Positions 47,995 through 62,535 are shown, counted from the first letter of the whole stretch. The stretch: 63,188 bases of DNA, filler included, from Octopus bimaculoides (GCF_001194135.2; 7 parts of 6 records of this genome joined end to end with filler, not necessarily neighbours in it), one strand, 5' to 3'. Notes: generated from the sequence alone by a model not told the origin. Numbers and translations: made by a program.

Positions 47995-50483
47995 CGATTG
48001 GACTGCGACCATGCTGGGGCACCACCTTGAAGAATTTTAGTCAAATGAATTGACCCCAGTATTTATGTTTTGTTAAGCCTGGTACTTATTCTATGGGTCT
48101 CTTTTTGCCAAACCACTGAATCATGGGGATGTAAACATACCAACACTGGTTGTCAAGTGGTGGTGGTGGTGGCAGTGGCAAATACAGACAGAACAACACA
48201 TACACATAGATATACATACATGTGTGTGCGTGCATGTGTGTGCGTGCATGTGTGTGCGTGCATGTGTGTGCGTGCATGTGTGTGTGATTGTGTGTGTATA
48301 AAAATTGATGTACACAGCCAGGCACAATGTGACACCCAGAAGGAAAACTTCAGTCATCATTAAGTGTGTCTAAGGATGCCGAAGCATCTACATTGCTAGA
48401 AATAAGAGTTAAAATACCCTTAATGTTGTAGGAAGAGCACAAAATGTTTACACACATGCTGGCAGGGGAGGCAACCATCTCATAACCAACTCAAGGATCT
48501 CCCAGCATGTATGTATATATATATATATNNNNNNNNNNNNNNNNNNNNNNNNNNNNNNNNNNNNNNNNNNNNNNNNNNNNNNNNNNNNNNNNNNNNNNNN
48601 NNNNNNNNNNNNNNNNNNNNNNNNNNNNNNNNNNNNNNNNNNNNNNNNNNNNNNNNNNNNNNNNNNNNNNNNNNNNNNNNNNNNNNNNNNNNNNNNNNNN
48701 NNNNNNNNNNNNNNNNNNNNNNNNNNNNNNNNNNNNNNNNNNNNNNNNNNNNNNNNNNNNNNNNNNNNNNNNNNNNNNNNNNNNNNNNNNNNNNNNNNNN
48801 NNNNNNNNNNNNNNNNNNNNNNNNNNNNNNNNNNNNNNNNNNNNNNNNNNNNNNNNNNNNNNNNNNNNNNNNNNNNNNNNNNNNNNNNNNNNNNNNNNNN
48901 NNNNNNNNNNNNNNNNNNNNNNNNNNNNNNNNNNNNTATGTATATATATATTCTTTTATTCTTTTATTTGTTTCAGTCACTTGGCTGTGGCCATGCTGGA
49001 GTCTTGTTTCTTTGTTGGAAACCAGCTTCCTCCTCAGTGTAAGATTTATAATAATTAAAAAATAGAAGAGACATACATATACATATGTAGATATATTTAT
49101 ACATACATACATTCATACATACATACACACATATATAAATACATACCCACATACATACATCTATACATATATACATACATTCATACATACATGAATGCGT
49201 AAATATATACACACTGGCACTCTGTTGGTTATGACAACGTGTTCCACTTGATTTGATCAATGGAATTGCCTGCTTCTGAAATTAACATGCAAGTGGCTGA
49301 GTGCTCCGTTGGTAAGAATACCCTTAACATTAGTTCTCAGAGAGAATTGAATTACAAGCAGTACTTATACAGTTGAGGGGGCCGAAGCGACGTAAAGTAA
49401 AGAATCTTGCTGAAGAACACAATGCACCAGCATATATTGAACCCTTGACCTTACGATTATGTGCTGGATGCTCCTAACCACTCAGCCATGTGACTTCAAC
49501 TTCCACCACCACCACCACCTCTATTGCTGGAACTAACAACAATATTTCTGGACAAAATAAAATCTAAAGGACAACCCACCACCACCACCACCACCACCAT
49601 CACCACCACCCTCATCTGCGACTACCCCCTCCCTGCCNNNNNNNNNNNNNNNNNNNNNNNNNNNNNNNNNNNNNNNNNNNNNNNNNNNNNNNNNNNNNNN
49701 NNNNNNNNNNNNNNNNNNNNNNNNNNNNNNNNNNNNNNNNNNNNNNNNNNNNNNNNNNNNNNNNNNNNNNNNNNNNNNNNNNNNNNNNNNNNNNNNNNNN
49801 NNNNNNNNNNNNNNNNNNNNNNNNNNNNNNNNNNNNNNNNNNNNNNNNNNNNNNNNNNNNNNNNNNNNNNNNNNNNNNNNNNNNNNNNNNNNNNNNNNNN
49901 NNNNNNNNNNNNNNNNNNNNNNNNNNNNNNNNNNNNNNNNNNNNNNNNNNNNNNNNNNNNNNNNNNNNNNNNNNNNNNNNNNNNNNNNNNNNNNNNNNNN
50001 NNNNNNNNNNNNNNNNNNNNNNNNNNNNNNNNNNNNNNNNNNNNNNNNNNNNNNNNNNNNNNNNNNNNNNNNNNNNNNNNNNNNNNNNNNNNNNNNNNNN
50101 NNNNNNNNNNNNNNNNNNNNNNNNNNNNNNNNNNNNNNNNNNNNNNNNNNNNNNNNNNNNNNNNNNNNNNNNNNNNNNNNNNNNNNNNNNNNNNNNNNNN
50201 NNNNNNNNNNNNNNNNNNNNNNNNNNNNNNNNNNNNNNNNNNNNNNNNNNNNNNNNNNNNNNNNNNNNNNNNNNNNNNNNNNNNNNNNNNNNNNNNNNNN
50301 NNNNNNNNNNNNNNNNNNNNNNNNNNNNNNNNNNNNNNNNNNNNNNNNNNNNNNNNNNNNNNNNNNNNNNNNNNNNNNNNNNNNNNNNNNNNNNNNNNNN
50401 NNNNNNNNNNNNNNNNNNNNNNNNNNNNNNNNNNNNNNNNNNNNNNNNNNNNNNNNNNNNNNNNNNNNNNNNNNNNNNNNNNN

Positions 50484-50522
<39 letters not shown>

Positions 50523-51224
50523 TGTGTGTGTGTATATGCATATATTTATACATCTTATGCACGCATATATATAGGTATACATAAATGTGTGTGTGTATAC
50601 ATATATGTTTATATGTATATATGTATGTATGTATCAATCTATCTATCTATCTATCAATCTATAAATGTGTGTGTGTGTGTGTGGGTATGTCATGGTTCTG
50701 CTTAGCCATAGCAGTATCGATAATAAGTGGTTATACACATGCATAAATGCACACACTTGTCTATACATACACATACACAAGCATGTGTGTGTGTGTGTGT
50801 GCACGGAAGAACATATTTATCCATATAGATAAATAAATAAATGCAAACATTACCTGTTCAGGAAAACATGGTAAAGCCATTTAGAATGAAATATTCAAAA
50901 TATTAATACAGAGTGAACAGGTTTTATTAAAACAACGAGTACAACAAAAGATGTTTTGTTTCACTCTTCAATGAAATAAAATGCCATTTGTACGAATCAC
51001 TGATTTAATCAAATATATATATATACACATATATGTATTTATGTGTATATGTATATCCATATGTGTGTATGTATGTGTGCATATGTACACATATGTTTGT
51101 GTGTATATATATATATATATATATATANNNNNNNNNNNNNNNNNNNNNNNNNNNNNNNNNNNNNNNNNNNNNNNNNNNNNNNNNNNNNNNNNNNNNNNNN
51201 NNNNNNNNNNNNNNNNNNNNNNNN

Positions 51225-52146
51225 NNNAACAATAAAAAAATACACACACACATATATGATAGGCTTCTTTCAGTTTCCATATACCAAATCCACTCACAAA
51301 GACCTGGCTGGCCTAGGGCTATAGTAGAAGACACTTGACCAGCGTGCCACACAGTGGGACTGAACCAGGAACCATGTGGTTGGGAAGCAAGCTTCTTGTG
51401 ACACAGCCTTGCATCTGCCATTTCTACTGACATTGCCAGAATATTAATCACCTTCGATAACTCCATAGTCTCCCAGGGGTTAATGCTGATAACTTTGCTG
51501 ATCCCTGGTTAAGAAGAAGAAGAAGAACAAAAAAAGACTTCGTGGCTTATTGCCAATCTGCAACAAAACTGCTGGTCTCTAAGCAACCATACCTGTTGCA
51601 TCATGTCTTGTGGTACACTCCTTTGGCAGCGTCTGATGAATGAAGAGTTATCAGAAGAGCACAATAGGTGAAACTTGACTAAACAGAAGACCGAAACTAA
51701 ATATTAAATGAAAGTATGCCAACGTGTCGATCGGCAGGAATGTCCAACCAAATAATTGATAGACTTTGCAGCTAAGAAAGACAGAAAACAATAGCTATCT
51801 ATGGATCATACTTAATGTAATAAATACCATTGAGAGGCATGAGGAAGAGGCTTTTGTAAGGGATAAAACCTCTTCATGCACCTTGTACGTTAAAAACACA
51901 ATATACAGGCATACCTCAAGGTTATATTTTTCAACTTTATATCACTTTTATAAAGAAATTAATGAAAATAAATATATATATATATATAGGTGCAGGCGTG
52001 AGTGGTAAGAAGTTTGCTTCCCAGCCCGATGGTTCCGGGTTCGCTCCCACGACATGGCACCATGTATAAGTGTCTTCTATTATAACCTTGGGCTGGTCAA
52101 AGCTTTGTGAGTGAATTTGGTAGACGGAAATGGAAGTAAACCTGTC

Positions 52147-52201
<55 letters not shown>

Positions 52202-52550
52202 ACCACTGCTTGATAACTGGTGTTGGTGTGTTTACATCCCCATAACTTAGCAGTCCAGCTAAAGAGACAGATAGAATAAATACAGGCATAAAAAGAAAAT
52301 AAGTTCTGGGGTCGATTCATTTGACTAAAAATTCTTGAAGGTGTTGCCCCAGCATGGCCACAATCTAATGACTAAAACCAGTAAAAAATACAACATACAA
52401 GATAAAAACAGAACCCCCCCCCACTCAGATTCAGTCAATTTATCTGATTTTATGTCCGTCTCCTCAAGTATATATGATATTTCTTTGACTAAAAGGCGGT
52501 GCTCCAGCATGGCTACAGTCAAATGACTGAAACAAATAAATGAGTAAAAG
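51225..52550. mobile_element. SINE family B cluster
   Basis: Minus 5' half 51225-51412, plus full copy 51993-52388, extra plus tail 52465-52550. Confidence 0.8.
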
Positions 52551-52683
52551 AGTATACGTTTTCGTATTTGTTTTGCAAGATTCTTGATGTGAAATCATGT
52601 GTTGAAACATGTTTTTATACTTAGGGATGGTCATATTGTGCCAATTAAATATACGCCCGATTTACTTGGTCTTTACTTTAGCT

Positions 52684-53040
52684 TTATTACCTCTGCCTTA
52701 GCGAAGGCAGAGATATTGTTTTCAGTGATGTTTGTTTGTCCATAGACAAGATATCTCAAGAACCACTGGATGGATTCGGATGAAACTTTCAGGGATGTTT
52801 GGCCTCCTGACTGGCACGAACTAATTGGGATCGATCCAATACTGGACAAGGATTCTGGATTATTTTTCCTATTTTTTTACTTAATTTTTGAGAGTGGTCG
52901 GGTTCGTTTTTAGTATTCCAATTTGTGAGAGCAGTCGGGTTTATTTCAGATGTTCTCATTTTAAAAACCATCTCTGGCTGATCGTTGAGAGGACGTTGGT
53001 GTTGCCTTGGCGGAGGTTTGCGCTCTCTGAGTGCTCGTTA
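52684..53040 (+). mobile_element. Helentron-associated non-autonomous element (HINE/DINE-like)
   Basis: 5' hairpin ctctgcctt-agcg-aaggcagag; subterminal inverted repeat acctc(t/c)gcc / ggcggaggt (53009-53017); 3' stem-loop GCGCTC-tct-GAGTGC (53020-53034); T-rich flanks. Confidence 0.75.
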
Positions 53041-53062
53041 TTATAATTATTTTTGCTTCTAT

Positions 53063-53518
53063 AAGACAGCAAGCTGGCAGAATCGTTAGCACACCAGGCA
53101 AAATGCTTACCGGCATTTGTCGGTCCTTACATTCTGAGTTCAAATCCTGCCAAGGTCTACTTTGCCTTTCATTCTTTCAGGATCGATAAATTAAGTACCA
53201 GTTGAGCACTGGGGTCAATGTAATCAACTTAACTCCTCACCCGACATTGCTGGCCTTGTGCGAAAATAAGAAATCAATTTAAACAAAGGCAATGAATTTA
53301 TTCTTTAATTCTTTTACTTGTTTCAGGCATTTGACCGTGGCCATGCTGGAGCACCGCCTTTAAGGGTTTTCAGTTGAAGAAATCAACCCCAGGACTTATT
53401 CTTTGTAAGCCTAGTACTTATTCTATTGGTATCTTTTGCCGAACAGCTAAGTTATGGGAGAGTAAACACTCCAAAATTGGTTGTCAAGTGATGGTGGCAG
53501 GGACAAACACAGACACAG

Positions 53519-53530
<12 letters not shown>
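53063..53530. mobile_element. SINE family A (+, 53063-53278) and SINE family B 3' half (-, 53309-53530)
   Basis: Family-diagnostic boxes and tails. Confidence 0.85.
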
Positions 53531-53589
<59 letters not shown>

Positions 53590-53689
53590 NNNNNNNNNNN
53601 NNNNNNNNNNNNNNNNNNNNNNNNNNNNNNNNNTTAATTAATTAANNNNNNNNNNNNNNNNNNNNNNNNNNNNNNNNNNNNNNNNNNNN

Positions 53690-53733
<44 letters not shown>

Positions 53734-54426
53734 TCATATTTGCACGCACATATTACATTACACAACATTTACTTATTCATGTAATACCGTACAGTTATCA
53801 AATAAGGTTGAACTTGTTTCCGTTTCTTCGAATCTCGAGTTATTCCTCGGTTCAAGAAATGTATCCAAGCATTATAGATTTTAAAAATGAGCACTATAGT
53901 TAATGAATGACCATCAATGATGATATAGTGGAAGATTTATTGGAAAGGAAATGACGTTAGGCCGTGTCAGAACTGGCAGCCTAACGTTGTGAATGCTATT
54001 CAACAGTGCCTCGCTATCTAGCTTTAATGTGTAATGAGCACTGCATTGATAAATGGGTTTTGGCAATATTGAAAGAAAATAGCATGCCTTTATACACACG
54101 CATAAACTTGCATGTAAACACATCCTTATATATATGCAACAAGCAAACACATCGCTTTGAAGATATATACACAGGAAACACTCATATAACATACAATAGA
54201 CAGTTATAATCAAAACTATTGCATACACACATAAAATTGGTATGTACATATGTATATATGTTTGTATGTATGTACGTATATATGTTCATACATACATACA
54301 ACCATAATTACATATATACATAACACGCACACACACACACCATATCTACATACGCACAAGCTTGGTATAAAGATTATCTATCAATCTATCTCTGTCTGTC
54401 TGTCTGCCTGCCTGTTTATCTGTAAG

Positions 54427-54470
<44 letters not shown>

Positions 54471-56177
54471 CACACACACACGTACATGAAACTATATACA
54501 TATACACACATGTATGTATGTGTGCATGTATGGATATATGTATATATATATGTGCATGAATATATGTGTATACATACACATGCGTATGAGTATATGTTTA
54601 TATATGTATATATATGTATGTCTGTGTTTATGTGTGTATGTACGCAACCCAAGCTTTGAAACATAATTTCTATTCTTAAATTTATATGTAATCAATCTAA
54701 GAAGGAATAAAGACTTGATTATTTATGATAACTATTACCTCTAAGATAACAAATAAACCAATTAGAAACCTGTTTCAAATATCAAAGCTAGTTTTCTATC
54801 CAAGTAATCCTTTGACAAATTATTGCAGATCTATAGATGTTGCGAACCATTTATTTTCATAATAATATAAGAATGAAGAACTGAAAGAGGAAAGCATTAG
54901 ATAGCATAAACTATCTAGACAAGATAATAGATGAACACTGGCGGTTCACTTCTCAGAGTATGTAGGATGCTAAGGCTGAGCTGGTATATCATTCCTTTGA
55001 GAATGATACAAATTAAGAAACAGCAATAGAAGATAAAAGTTAATATTTTTACACAGCAGACAGTTCTATTATACTGTTGCTGAAATCTAGTTTATATAGT
55101 AAATACTATCTTAGGTAACTTTCAGCAATACTAACAATAAGATTTGTAATAGAAATAACAAACTAAATGCGAAATAGGTATCATATGTTTAATACATGTA
55201 TCGCATACAGAAATATATTCATATATAAATAGATGCTCCGTCAGTTTCGTTGATGAATATCATAGTTGCTCGATCAACGGAACAACATACTCGTATTATA
55301 ATTTAAATAGACGAGTGTTCCATGGATACATATCAGTAACATAATCTTGAGGAAGACTTGTTGTGACACAGTGTTTAACAAAGCAGGCTTTTTTTTTAAT
55401 TACAACATCTGTTCATCTGATGAACTACCATATTTTCACTCACAAGGCTTAGAGCGACTTGTGGTTGAGTAGAGGTCACTTGCTGAAGGTGCCGCATAGT
55501 AATACTCGTTCACACTTACATCATTCATGCACACATACACACACGCGCAGAGAAAAAGACACATAAGAAATTTGAGTGAGCTATGAGTTAGAAATAACAA
55601 CCAAATCACCCTCAAGTAACAAATATTACTCTTTCAAAAAAGAAAAGAAAGCAAAAAACAAAAGGGAGATTTGCATAATTAAGTTCCAGATGTACTCTGT
55701 GTTTTCTAGGTTGGAAAAAAATTTTGATCGAAAGTATGATAGATCAGGACTGTTCTGGCGTTAAACGTTAATAATGACGGTATCATGAACAACTCATCAA
55801 TGTTTGATATTTGAAGTAGTACTAGAGTTGACAATACACAATAAAATTACTTTTTTTCACGAAAGAATGGTGAACGACAATGACAAAAATACCAAGGAAG
55901 CACACATTTAATTTAATCTTCAAGATAGAAACTACGCAGAATCATTGTTCTTTTTAGATGGCCAAAATCAAAATTATTGTTCCTTTTAGATGGTGTTTTC
56001 ACAATACCACATGGTCTTTCGGTGTCTTTAATAGGGTCAACTCTGTTTCAGCATAGCTCTCGCTGCCTTCATCCATCAATACTGGAGTCCCTGAAAAGAG
56101 AGTCACGGGCTTTATGTTACTTTTCCTGACTAATCCATTCGAAAATGAATATAGTTTTGATATTATAGTTTATAGTA

Positions 56178-56612
56178 GGGCGGTAACAACTGGCAGAATC
56201 GTTAGTACGTCGGCCACAATGCTTAACGGCATTTCATCAGCTTTTACTTTTCTGAGTAGAAATTGCGCCGAAGTCGACTTTGTTTTTCATCCTTTCGGAG
56301 TCGATAAAATAAATACAAGTTGAACACTGGGGTCAATATAATCGACCTATCTTCTCCTCCGAAATTGCTGGCCAAAATTTGAAAACAATATCATCATTTG
56401 TAGTAAAGCAGCGAGGGGATAGACCCGTTAGTATGCCGGGCAAAATGCTTAACGGCATTTTGTCACTCTTTACGTTCTGCGTTCAAATTCCACCAAGGAA
56501 TTCTTCGGAGTCGATAAAATAAGTACCTGTTGAGCACTGGGGTTGTTGTGTTCCACTTACCCACTCCAGCGAAACTGCTGGCCTTGAGCCAAAACTTGAA
56601 ATCAATATTATA
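56178..56612 (+). mobile_element. Two tandem SINE family A copies
   Basis: 56178-56390 and 56407-56612. Confidence 0.8.
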
Positions 56613-56925
56613 GTTTATAGTATTTTTTGAAACTGACTCATACATTGCGCTTGATTTAATGATTTTGAAGCAGCAAAACACTGTTATAGCTATATATTTT
56701 ATATATTATAAAACTAACGGCATAATGTGTTTTTAATAGAGACTACCGGTTTTCAAAGAAGTTTAAAGATCACTGCACACAGATGCATATCAACGCAGTC
56801 AATTATTTTGAATCCTTCACATTATTAACGGAAATGTTTGTTTGGTATCAATCCTTATTTGCGGCACTTCTGATGCTTACATATATTTGTATATGTATAT
56901 ATATATACATATACATAAATTCATT

Positions 56926-56962
<37 letters not shown>

Positions 56963-57569
56963 CTATATATGTGCATACGTATGTATGCGCACGTGTGTGT
57001 GTGTGTATGTGTGGATGTGTATACATCTATCTATCTCTCTATCTCTCTATCTCTCTATCTATCTATATATGTATATATATATATAATCGTGTGTTCTATG
57101 CCTGGTTAAAAGGAATTTAACATCAAACTGAAAAACTACGTAATACTTTTATTTGTAGAGAACACGTTCATTTAACTTTTATAAGATGAGGAGTGACAGT
57201 GATTTCGAAATTTCAGCCTGCTAGCTTCGATGAACTCTCATATATATATATGATGTATACATTTTTGCCTTTAGGTTGTAAAATTGCGAATTAGTCACCC
57301 ATATTATTTATAATTTTCACTTCTACCGGTTTTGAAATCAGCGTATGATCTCAACGAAAACCTTATGAACTGACAAAGCGTGATGAGTTTTTAACCCTAG
57401 GCACGGTGAGAGTCACTAACGAGCGTTAAGATGCATAAAGCATCAAAACACGAAATCATCGATGACCTGGCTGTATCTGCGGCCGTAGAGAGCATGTCTC
57501 CCTTGTCAGCTCATTGAGATAGTGCTTTTGTTGGCTACTGAGTTGTTTTGACTCTTATTTCTAACAATA

Positions 57570-58269
57570 CTTCTCTCCATTCTCGCGAACTCATTTCACC
57601 CATTTTGGATAGACTTGTGACTGATGATGAAAAATGGATCTTCTATCGAAATGGTAAACGTCGTAAACAGTGGCTTGGTAAAAAGGAAAAAGCTCAATCA
57701 CAACCGAGAAAGGAACTTCATGGGCAAAAGGTTCTTTTCTCTATCTGATGGGATTGCAAAGGAGTAATTCACTTTGAATTGTTACCGCATAATGCAACAA
57801 TCAATGCTCAAGTCTTACTGTCAGCAATTAGAGCGTTTGAACCAAGCTTTGAAGAAAAAAAGCCCCGCTTTAGTGAATTGAAAAGATGTTTCATCAGGAC
57901 AATGCGCGATCCCACGCTGCAAAGATCACATCACAGAAGATCGAAGAGCTTGGATGGGAAAAAATTCCTCATCCACCCTATTCTCCCAACCTTGCTCCTT
58001 CAGCCTACCATTTGTTTCGTAGTTTACAGAATCATTTGGGGGACATAACTTTCGCAAGCTAGGAGGAGGTCGAAACTGATATTTCAGAGTTTTCCGCTTT
58101 GAAACCAAAAGAGTTTTACATTGGTGTGACTAAAAAGCTTGTAAACAGATGGTAGGAAGTCATAGATAATCAGGGAAAGTACATTGATGATTAAATTTCA
58201 ATTAAATATAACATTTGATCACTTGTTTTCTTTATTCAGAATTCGGACAGAACTTATGGGATGACCTGA
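57570..58269 (+). mobile_element. Mariner (DD34D-type) transposase pseudogene with 3' TIR
   Basis: LDRLVTDDEKWIFY, WDCKGVIHFELLP, HQDNAR, HPPYSPNLAPSAYHLFRSLQNHL; terminal cggacagaacttatgggatgacctga+TA. Confidence 0.9.
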
Positions 58270-58271
58270 TA

Positions 58272-58454
58272 GATGATTTAGATCTCATATAGAAGAAGTT
58301 GTTGAAGCCGATGGTGGCTTTGTTGAATGATATTATAAAAAAGAATGTTTATTGTTATCCTCATAGCAATTTTTGATAAATAAAGTAAATATCTGTTATT
58401 ATATATCTGCTTTTTATAAACATAAATCTGTCCTCAAATATCTTATGCACCCTG
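58272..58454 (+). mobile_element. 3' end of a second Tc1/maT-like element
   Basis: RFRSHIEEVVEADGGFVE* then ttatgcaccctg+TA. Confidence 0.6.
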
Positions 58455-58857
58455 TACACNNNNNNNNNNNNNNNNNNNNNNNNNNNNNNNNNNNNNNNNN
58501 NNNTTAATTAATTAANNNNNNNNNNNNNNNNNNNNNNNNNNNNNNNNNNNNNNNNNNNNTCGCATTGTCTCTCTACTACCTCTGTCAAATGAATCACCAA
58601 AATTGGTCTTTCATTATTTATAATCTGTACCTGTTTGTTTGGTTATGAAATAAAATACACAAAACGTGTTTCTGAATTACGTGTATTTACTTTATATACA
58701 TATGAGTTGAAAACTTTCTTCTAGCATTCCACTTAATGTCTATGTTCCATGCTGGCATGGATTGGAGAGTTATTAATGTAGAAATATGGTATCGTAGCTA
58801 CTAACAGTTGAGGATTGCGTAGTCTAGACAGCGTTTTTAGATTTCATTATTCTCTTT

Positions 58858-58887
58858 AACCCGGGCAAAGCCAGGTATTTCTGCTAG
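58858..58887 (+). mobile_element. Helitron-like 3' terminus
   Basis: Hairpin CCCGG-gcaaag-CCAGG followed by CTAG|T. Confidence 0.5.
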
Positions 58888-59779
58888 TATATGATAAATC
58901 TTCTCTCTATAGATACATAATTTCTTTTTGTTGTTTAGCCATATAACACTTCTAAGTGAGCTGACTCAGGAAAAAAGGTATTGGGCAATGAACACTCTAA
59001 TTATCTCTTAAACATTGTATATCTAGAACTACATTATCCAATGCACTTTTAAAAAATTATGAGGTGTGACTGAGAGAGAGTTGGCTACAATTTCTAGTAG
59101 GTCAAACATAACAAATAAAAGTTCCCTTGGTGGTCTGTTGTTTAGCCCTATGTCAGTCCTGATTTAGATAACCTGTGATCAATAGCAGGAATATTATAGC
59201 AAACCAAATAAAAAGAAACATGATATTAATGAAGAAGGAAATGGCAATTTAACAAAAGAAAATACTTTGTATAACCCTCCTTTAGTGAAGAATGGCAGTT
59301 AACTGGTGTAGTGCAGTGATTTTTAGAGAAGCACAGAAAATGTAAATGCAGTCACATGCACACACTTCTTAATAACACAGTGAATATGTGTGTAGTACTA
59401 CATGAGATTCTGTGGTGACTTTATTAACATATTGTGTCATACAATTTGGCATTCAATAACATGCTAGATTTATTTGTTTCAGTCATTAGGCTGTAGCCAT
59501 ACTGGGGCCTCGCTGAGATGAATTTTTAGTTGAATGAATCAACCCCAATAATTAATTGGATGTTATTGTTGCTTTTAGCCCCAGGAGAACCCCTTAGGGG
59601 TCAGCCACATTTAAGTGGCAAATATACTTCACTTTGTCGTGCACTTACTGTTAATACCTCGTTCAGAGATTTAACATTGCTTGTTTTCACTTTTTCAATA
59701 TCAGTGAATAATTTCACTGGAAAAAGCCTTATATATTTGCAAAGAAATATCTTTCGCATCGAAGCCCACCCCTTACATC

Positions 59780-60839
59780 ATTATTGTTGCAACCCTTGTT
59801 AATGTGAGTTCGCTTTTTGGTTACGTATTTGTTAATATTTTGTGGAATAATTTATTTGAACTGTTTTGTGGTGAACTGTTATACAGTTATTTTTGCCCTA
59901 CGGGGCAGAAAATTTCTGCTTCTTGTGAACTGTTTTATAGTTATTTTCGCCCTCTGGGGCAGAAAATTTCTGTTTTTTGTTAACCTTTTTAGGTTAGTTT
60001 AAAAAAATATTTTTCTTGTCATTTGCGACAAGTATGTCATTTGAATTATCTTCAAAAACTGATTTTCCCGAGATGGGGGAAAGGAAAAAAAGATGTTACA
60101 ACAAAGGTCACCCAGGCGAAACAAAGTTTTTCGGATGCCGTAGGCGGTAATGTAATTGAACTTAAAGTATCAATGGAGAAACTCTTATAGTTCAGAAATT
60201 TGATAGAAAAAACTGGCAAAGTGATAAAACTGGTACCGCCACCTGAAACTATCGAAGCCATAAGGAAAAAAATCGTAGTGTACAAGGTTTATAACTTAAA
60301 AGAAAAAAAAATAATGGACATAAAAAATGAAATCGTTGAACGTTGTTTGTCACTAATATAGAATAAGATTCGACACGTTAACCGAGGAGTGAGAAGCGCA
60401 ACAATAGAAGCCCACTTCGAGTCGGAGGACGTGGTGAAGGATGTGTCAACTCAGACATTGAGGAACGAAACGATAATGCTGCTGCCTACATACTTAGGCC
60501 GCAGAACGGCAAAAGTTACTGTGGAAGATATACCCGAGGGATACGATGTTATGTGGGTAGCAACTGCTGTAATTTATGACGTGGAGTGAAAACTGTCGAT
60601 ATTGAGCATGAGACAGAAGGAGGCGATGCATTGAGAGTCTTGAGTTGGTCATTCAGGCCGACAATTTGACCCTAGAAAATTTACCAGATAGAGTCTTCGT
60701 TGGGGAGGGGCATACTATTCGTGTATCGGTGGAGGGACGTAGGTCAAGATGCTTTAAATGCGGGCAGAAGGGCCACGTTCGATCCGTCTGCACGAAGAAA
60801 AATAAAATGGCTAATGTCCCCACCCAAAACGCTGTGATA
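59780..60839 (+). mobile_element. L1/Tx1-type LINE 5' region and ORF1 pseudogene with CCHC knuckle
   Basis: LLPTYLGRRTAKVTVEDIP...IRVSVEGRRSRCFKCGQKGHVRSVC (CX2CX4HX4C); several in-frame stops; ends at a gap. Confidence 0.75.
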
Positions 60840-60989
60840 NNNNNNNNNNNNNNNNNNNNNNNNNNNNNNNNNNNNNNNNNNNNTTAATTAATTAANNNNN
60901 NNNNNNNNNNNNNNNNNNNNNNNNNNNNNNNNNNNNNNNTAGGAGTAATAATAAAAAAAATTATGATCATAGATATACTCGTAATAATG

Positions 60990-61270
60990 TCATGCGTAAT
61001 TCTATATGTTTTAGGTATTTTGCAAAAGGCTTTAATAATATTAATGATGGTTATCTTTGGTTTATTTTACCATTTGGTAAAAATGTTAAGTCGAATTTGG
61101 TAGCTCAGTTTAGGGAGGTAATTAGTAAGCATTTCCCTGCAAATTCGCGTTACGGTAAAATTATTAATACGCGTAGTGTTAGGTTTGGTTTTTCCAATAC
61201 TAAGAACCTAGAGCAGATTATTGCAGCACATAATTCTAAAGTTCTTAAGACAGGCATGAATGGAATGAAT
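60990..61270 (+). mobile_element. Penelope-like RT-to-GIY-YIG linker fragment
   Basis: WFILPFGKNVKSNLVAQFREVISKHFP....KIINTRSVRFGFSNTKNLEQIIAAHNSKVL. Confidence 0.75.
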
Positions 61271-62082
61271 AGGGATGAGGACCCTCACTTAGGTAATAAT
61301 ATATATATATATGTGTATATACATATATACACATAAATATATATACATATACAGACCCAATCCATCACTGAATCTGTAAATATCTCTAAAACTTTGCAGA
61401 AGTTTATCATTTAAGTATATATGAGCATGTCTAGATATGCCACTATATAAAGCAAAATATGCAAAGAAAGCAAAATATGCAATAAAGCAAAATATAAAGC
61501 AAAACATGCAAATCTGCACATATACATACATACATACATACATGCATACATACATCATACAAAAATACCTTGTTGGTGTTGAAATTCCAATGAANNNNNN
61601 NNNNNNNNNNNNNNNNNNNNNNNNNNNNNNNNNNNNNNNNNNNNNNNNNNNNNNNNNNNNNNNNNNNNNNNNNNNNNNNNNNNNNNNNNNNNNNTTGATG
61701 TTAGTATTAATATCATTGCTATTCCTTTTCGTAGTTGAAGTATATGTATTATTAGTTGTATCGGTTATAATATAATTAGTATTCGTAGTACCAGTGTGCC
61801 TATTAGTGTTTGCGTCGATTTTACCCTACCTTCTCCTAGTTTCTCATCCTCTCTCTTATCTTCTCAGCCACCCCATACACAATTCTTTGTCACTATACAT
61901 CTATGCACCTTACTTTCTGCTGTAGCCAATCCTTAAAATCCGCCCCCACTCATTCTGTCTACCTCGCTTTCTATTTCTTTTCTTTTCTTTACTTTTACCA
62001 CTTAATAGCCACCTCCACTACCATTCTGTGATTGAACGTCGATATGCTCGTGTCGTTTTTCTTGGGATGTCTACTTTATCAT

Positions 62083-62190
62083 AGTGGAGGCGCAATGGTC
62101 CGGTGGTTAGGGCAGTGGACTCGCGGTCATAGGATCGCGGTTTCGATTCCTAGACCGGGCATTGTGAGTGTTTATTGAGCAAAAACAACT
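62083..62190 (+). mobile_element. tRNA-derived SINE head
   Basis: A-box tggtccggtgg, B-box gtttcgattcc; no acceptor stem or CCA, continues into SINE body. Confidence 0.65.
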
Positions 62191-62280
62191 ACTTTATCAT
62201 GATTTTAACCCACATCATGGATTTATGCAAGATTGCACCTAATGACTCATGCTCTGGTTTCTATAACTTCAGAAAGTTGA

Positions 62281-62496
62281 ACTCTTTACTCTTTTACTTG
62301 TTTCAGTCATTTGACTGTGGCCATGCTGGAGCACCGCCTTTTAGTCGAGCAAATCGACCCCAGGACTTATTCTTTGGCAGCCTAGTACTTATTCTATCGT
62401 TCTCTTTTGCCGATACGCCAAGTTACGGGGACGTAAACACACCACCATCGGTTGTCAAGCGATATTGGGGGGACAAACACAGACACAGAAACATAT

Positions 62497-62535
<39 letters not shown>

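Noticed and set aside
51630-51720. CTGATGA...GAAAC hammerhead candidate
   Set aside because: No convincing stem II or stem I pairing.
62083-62160. Functional tRNA gene
   Set aside because: No acceptor stem or terminator; it is a SINE head.
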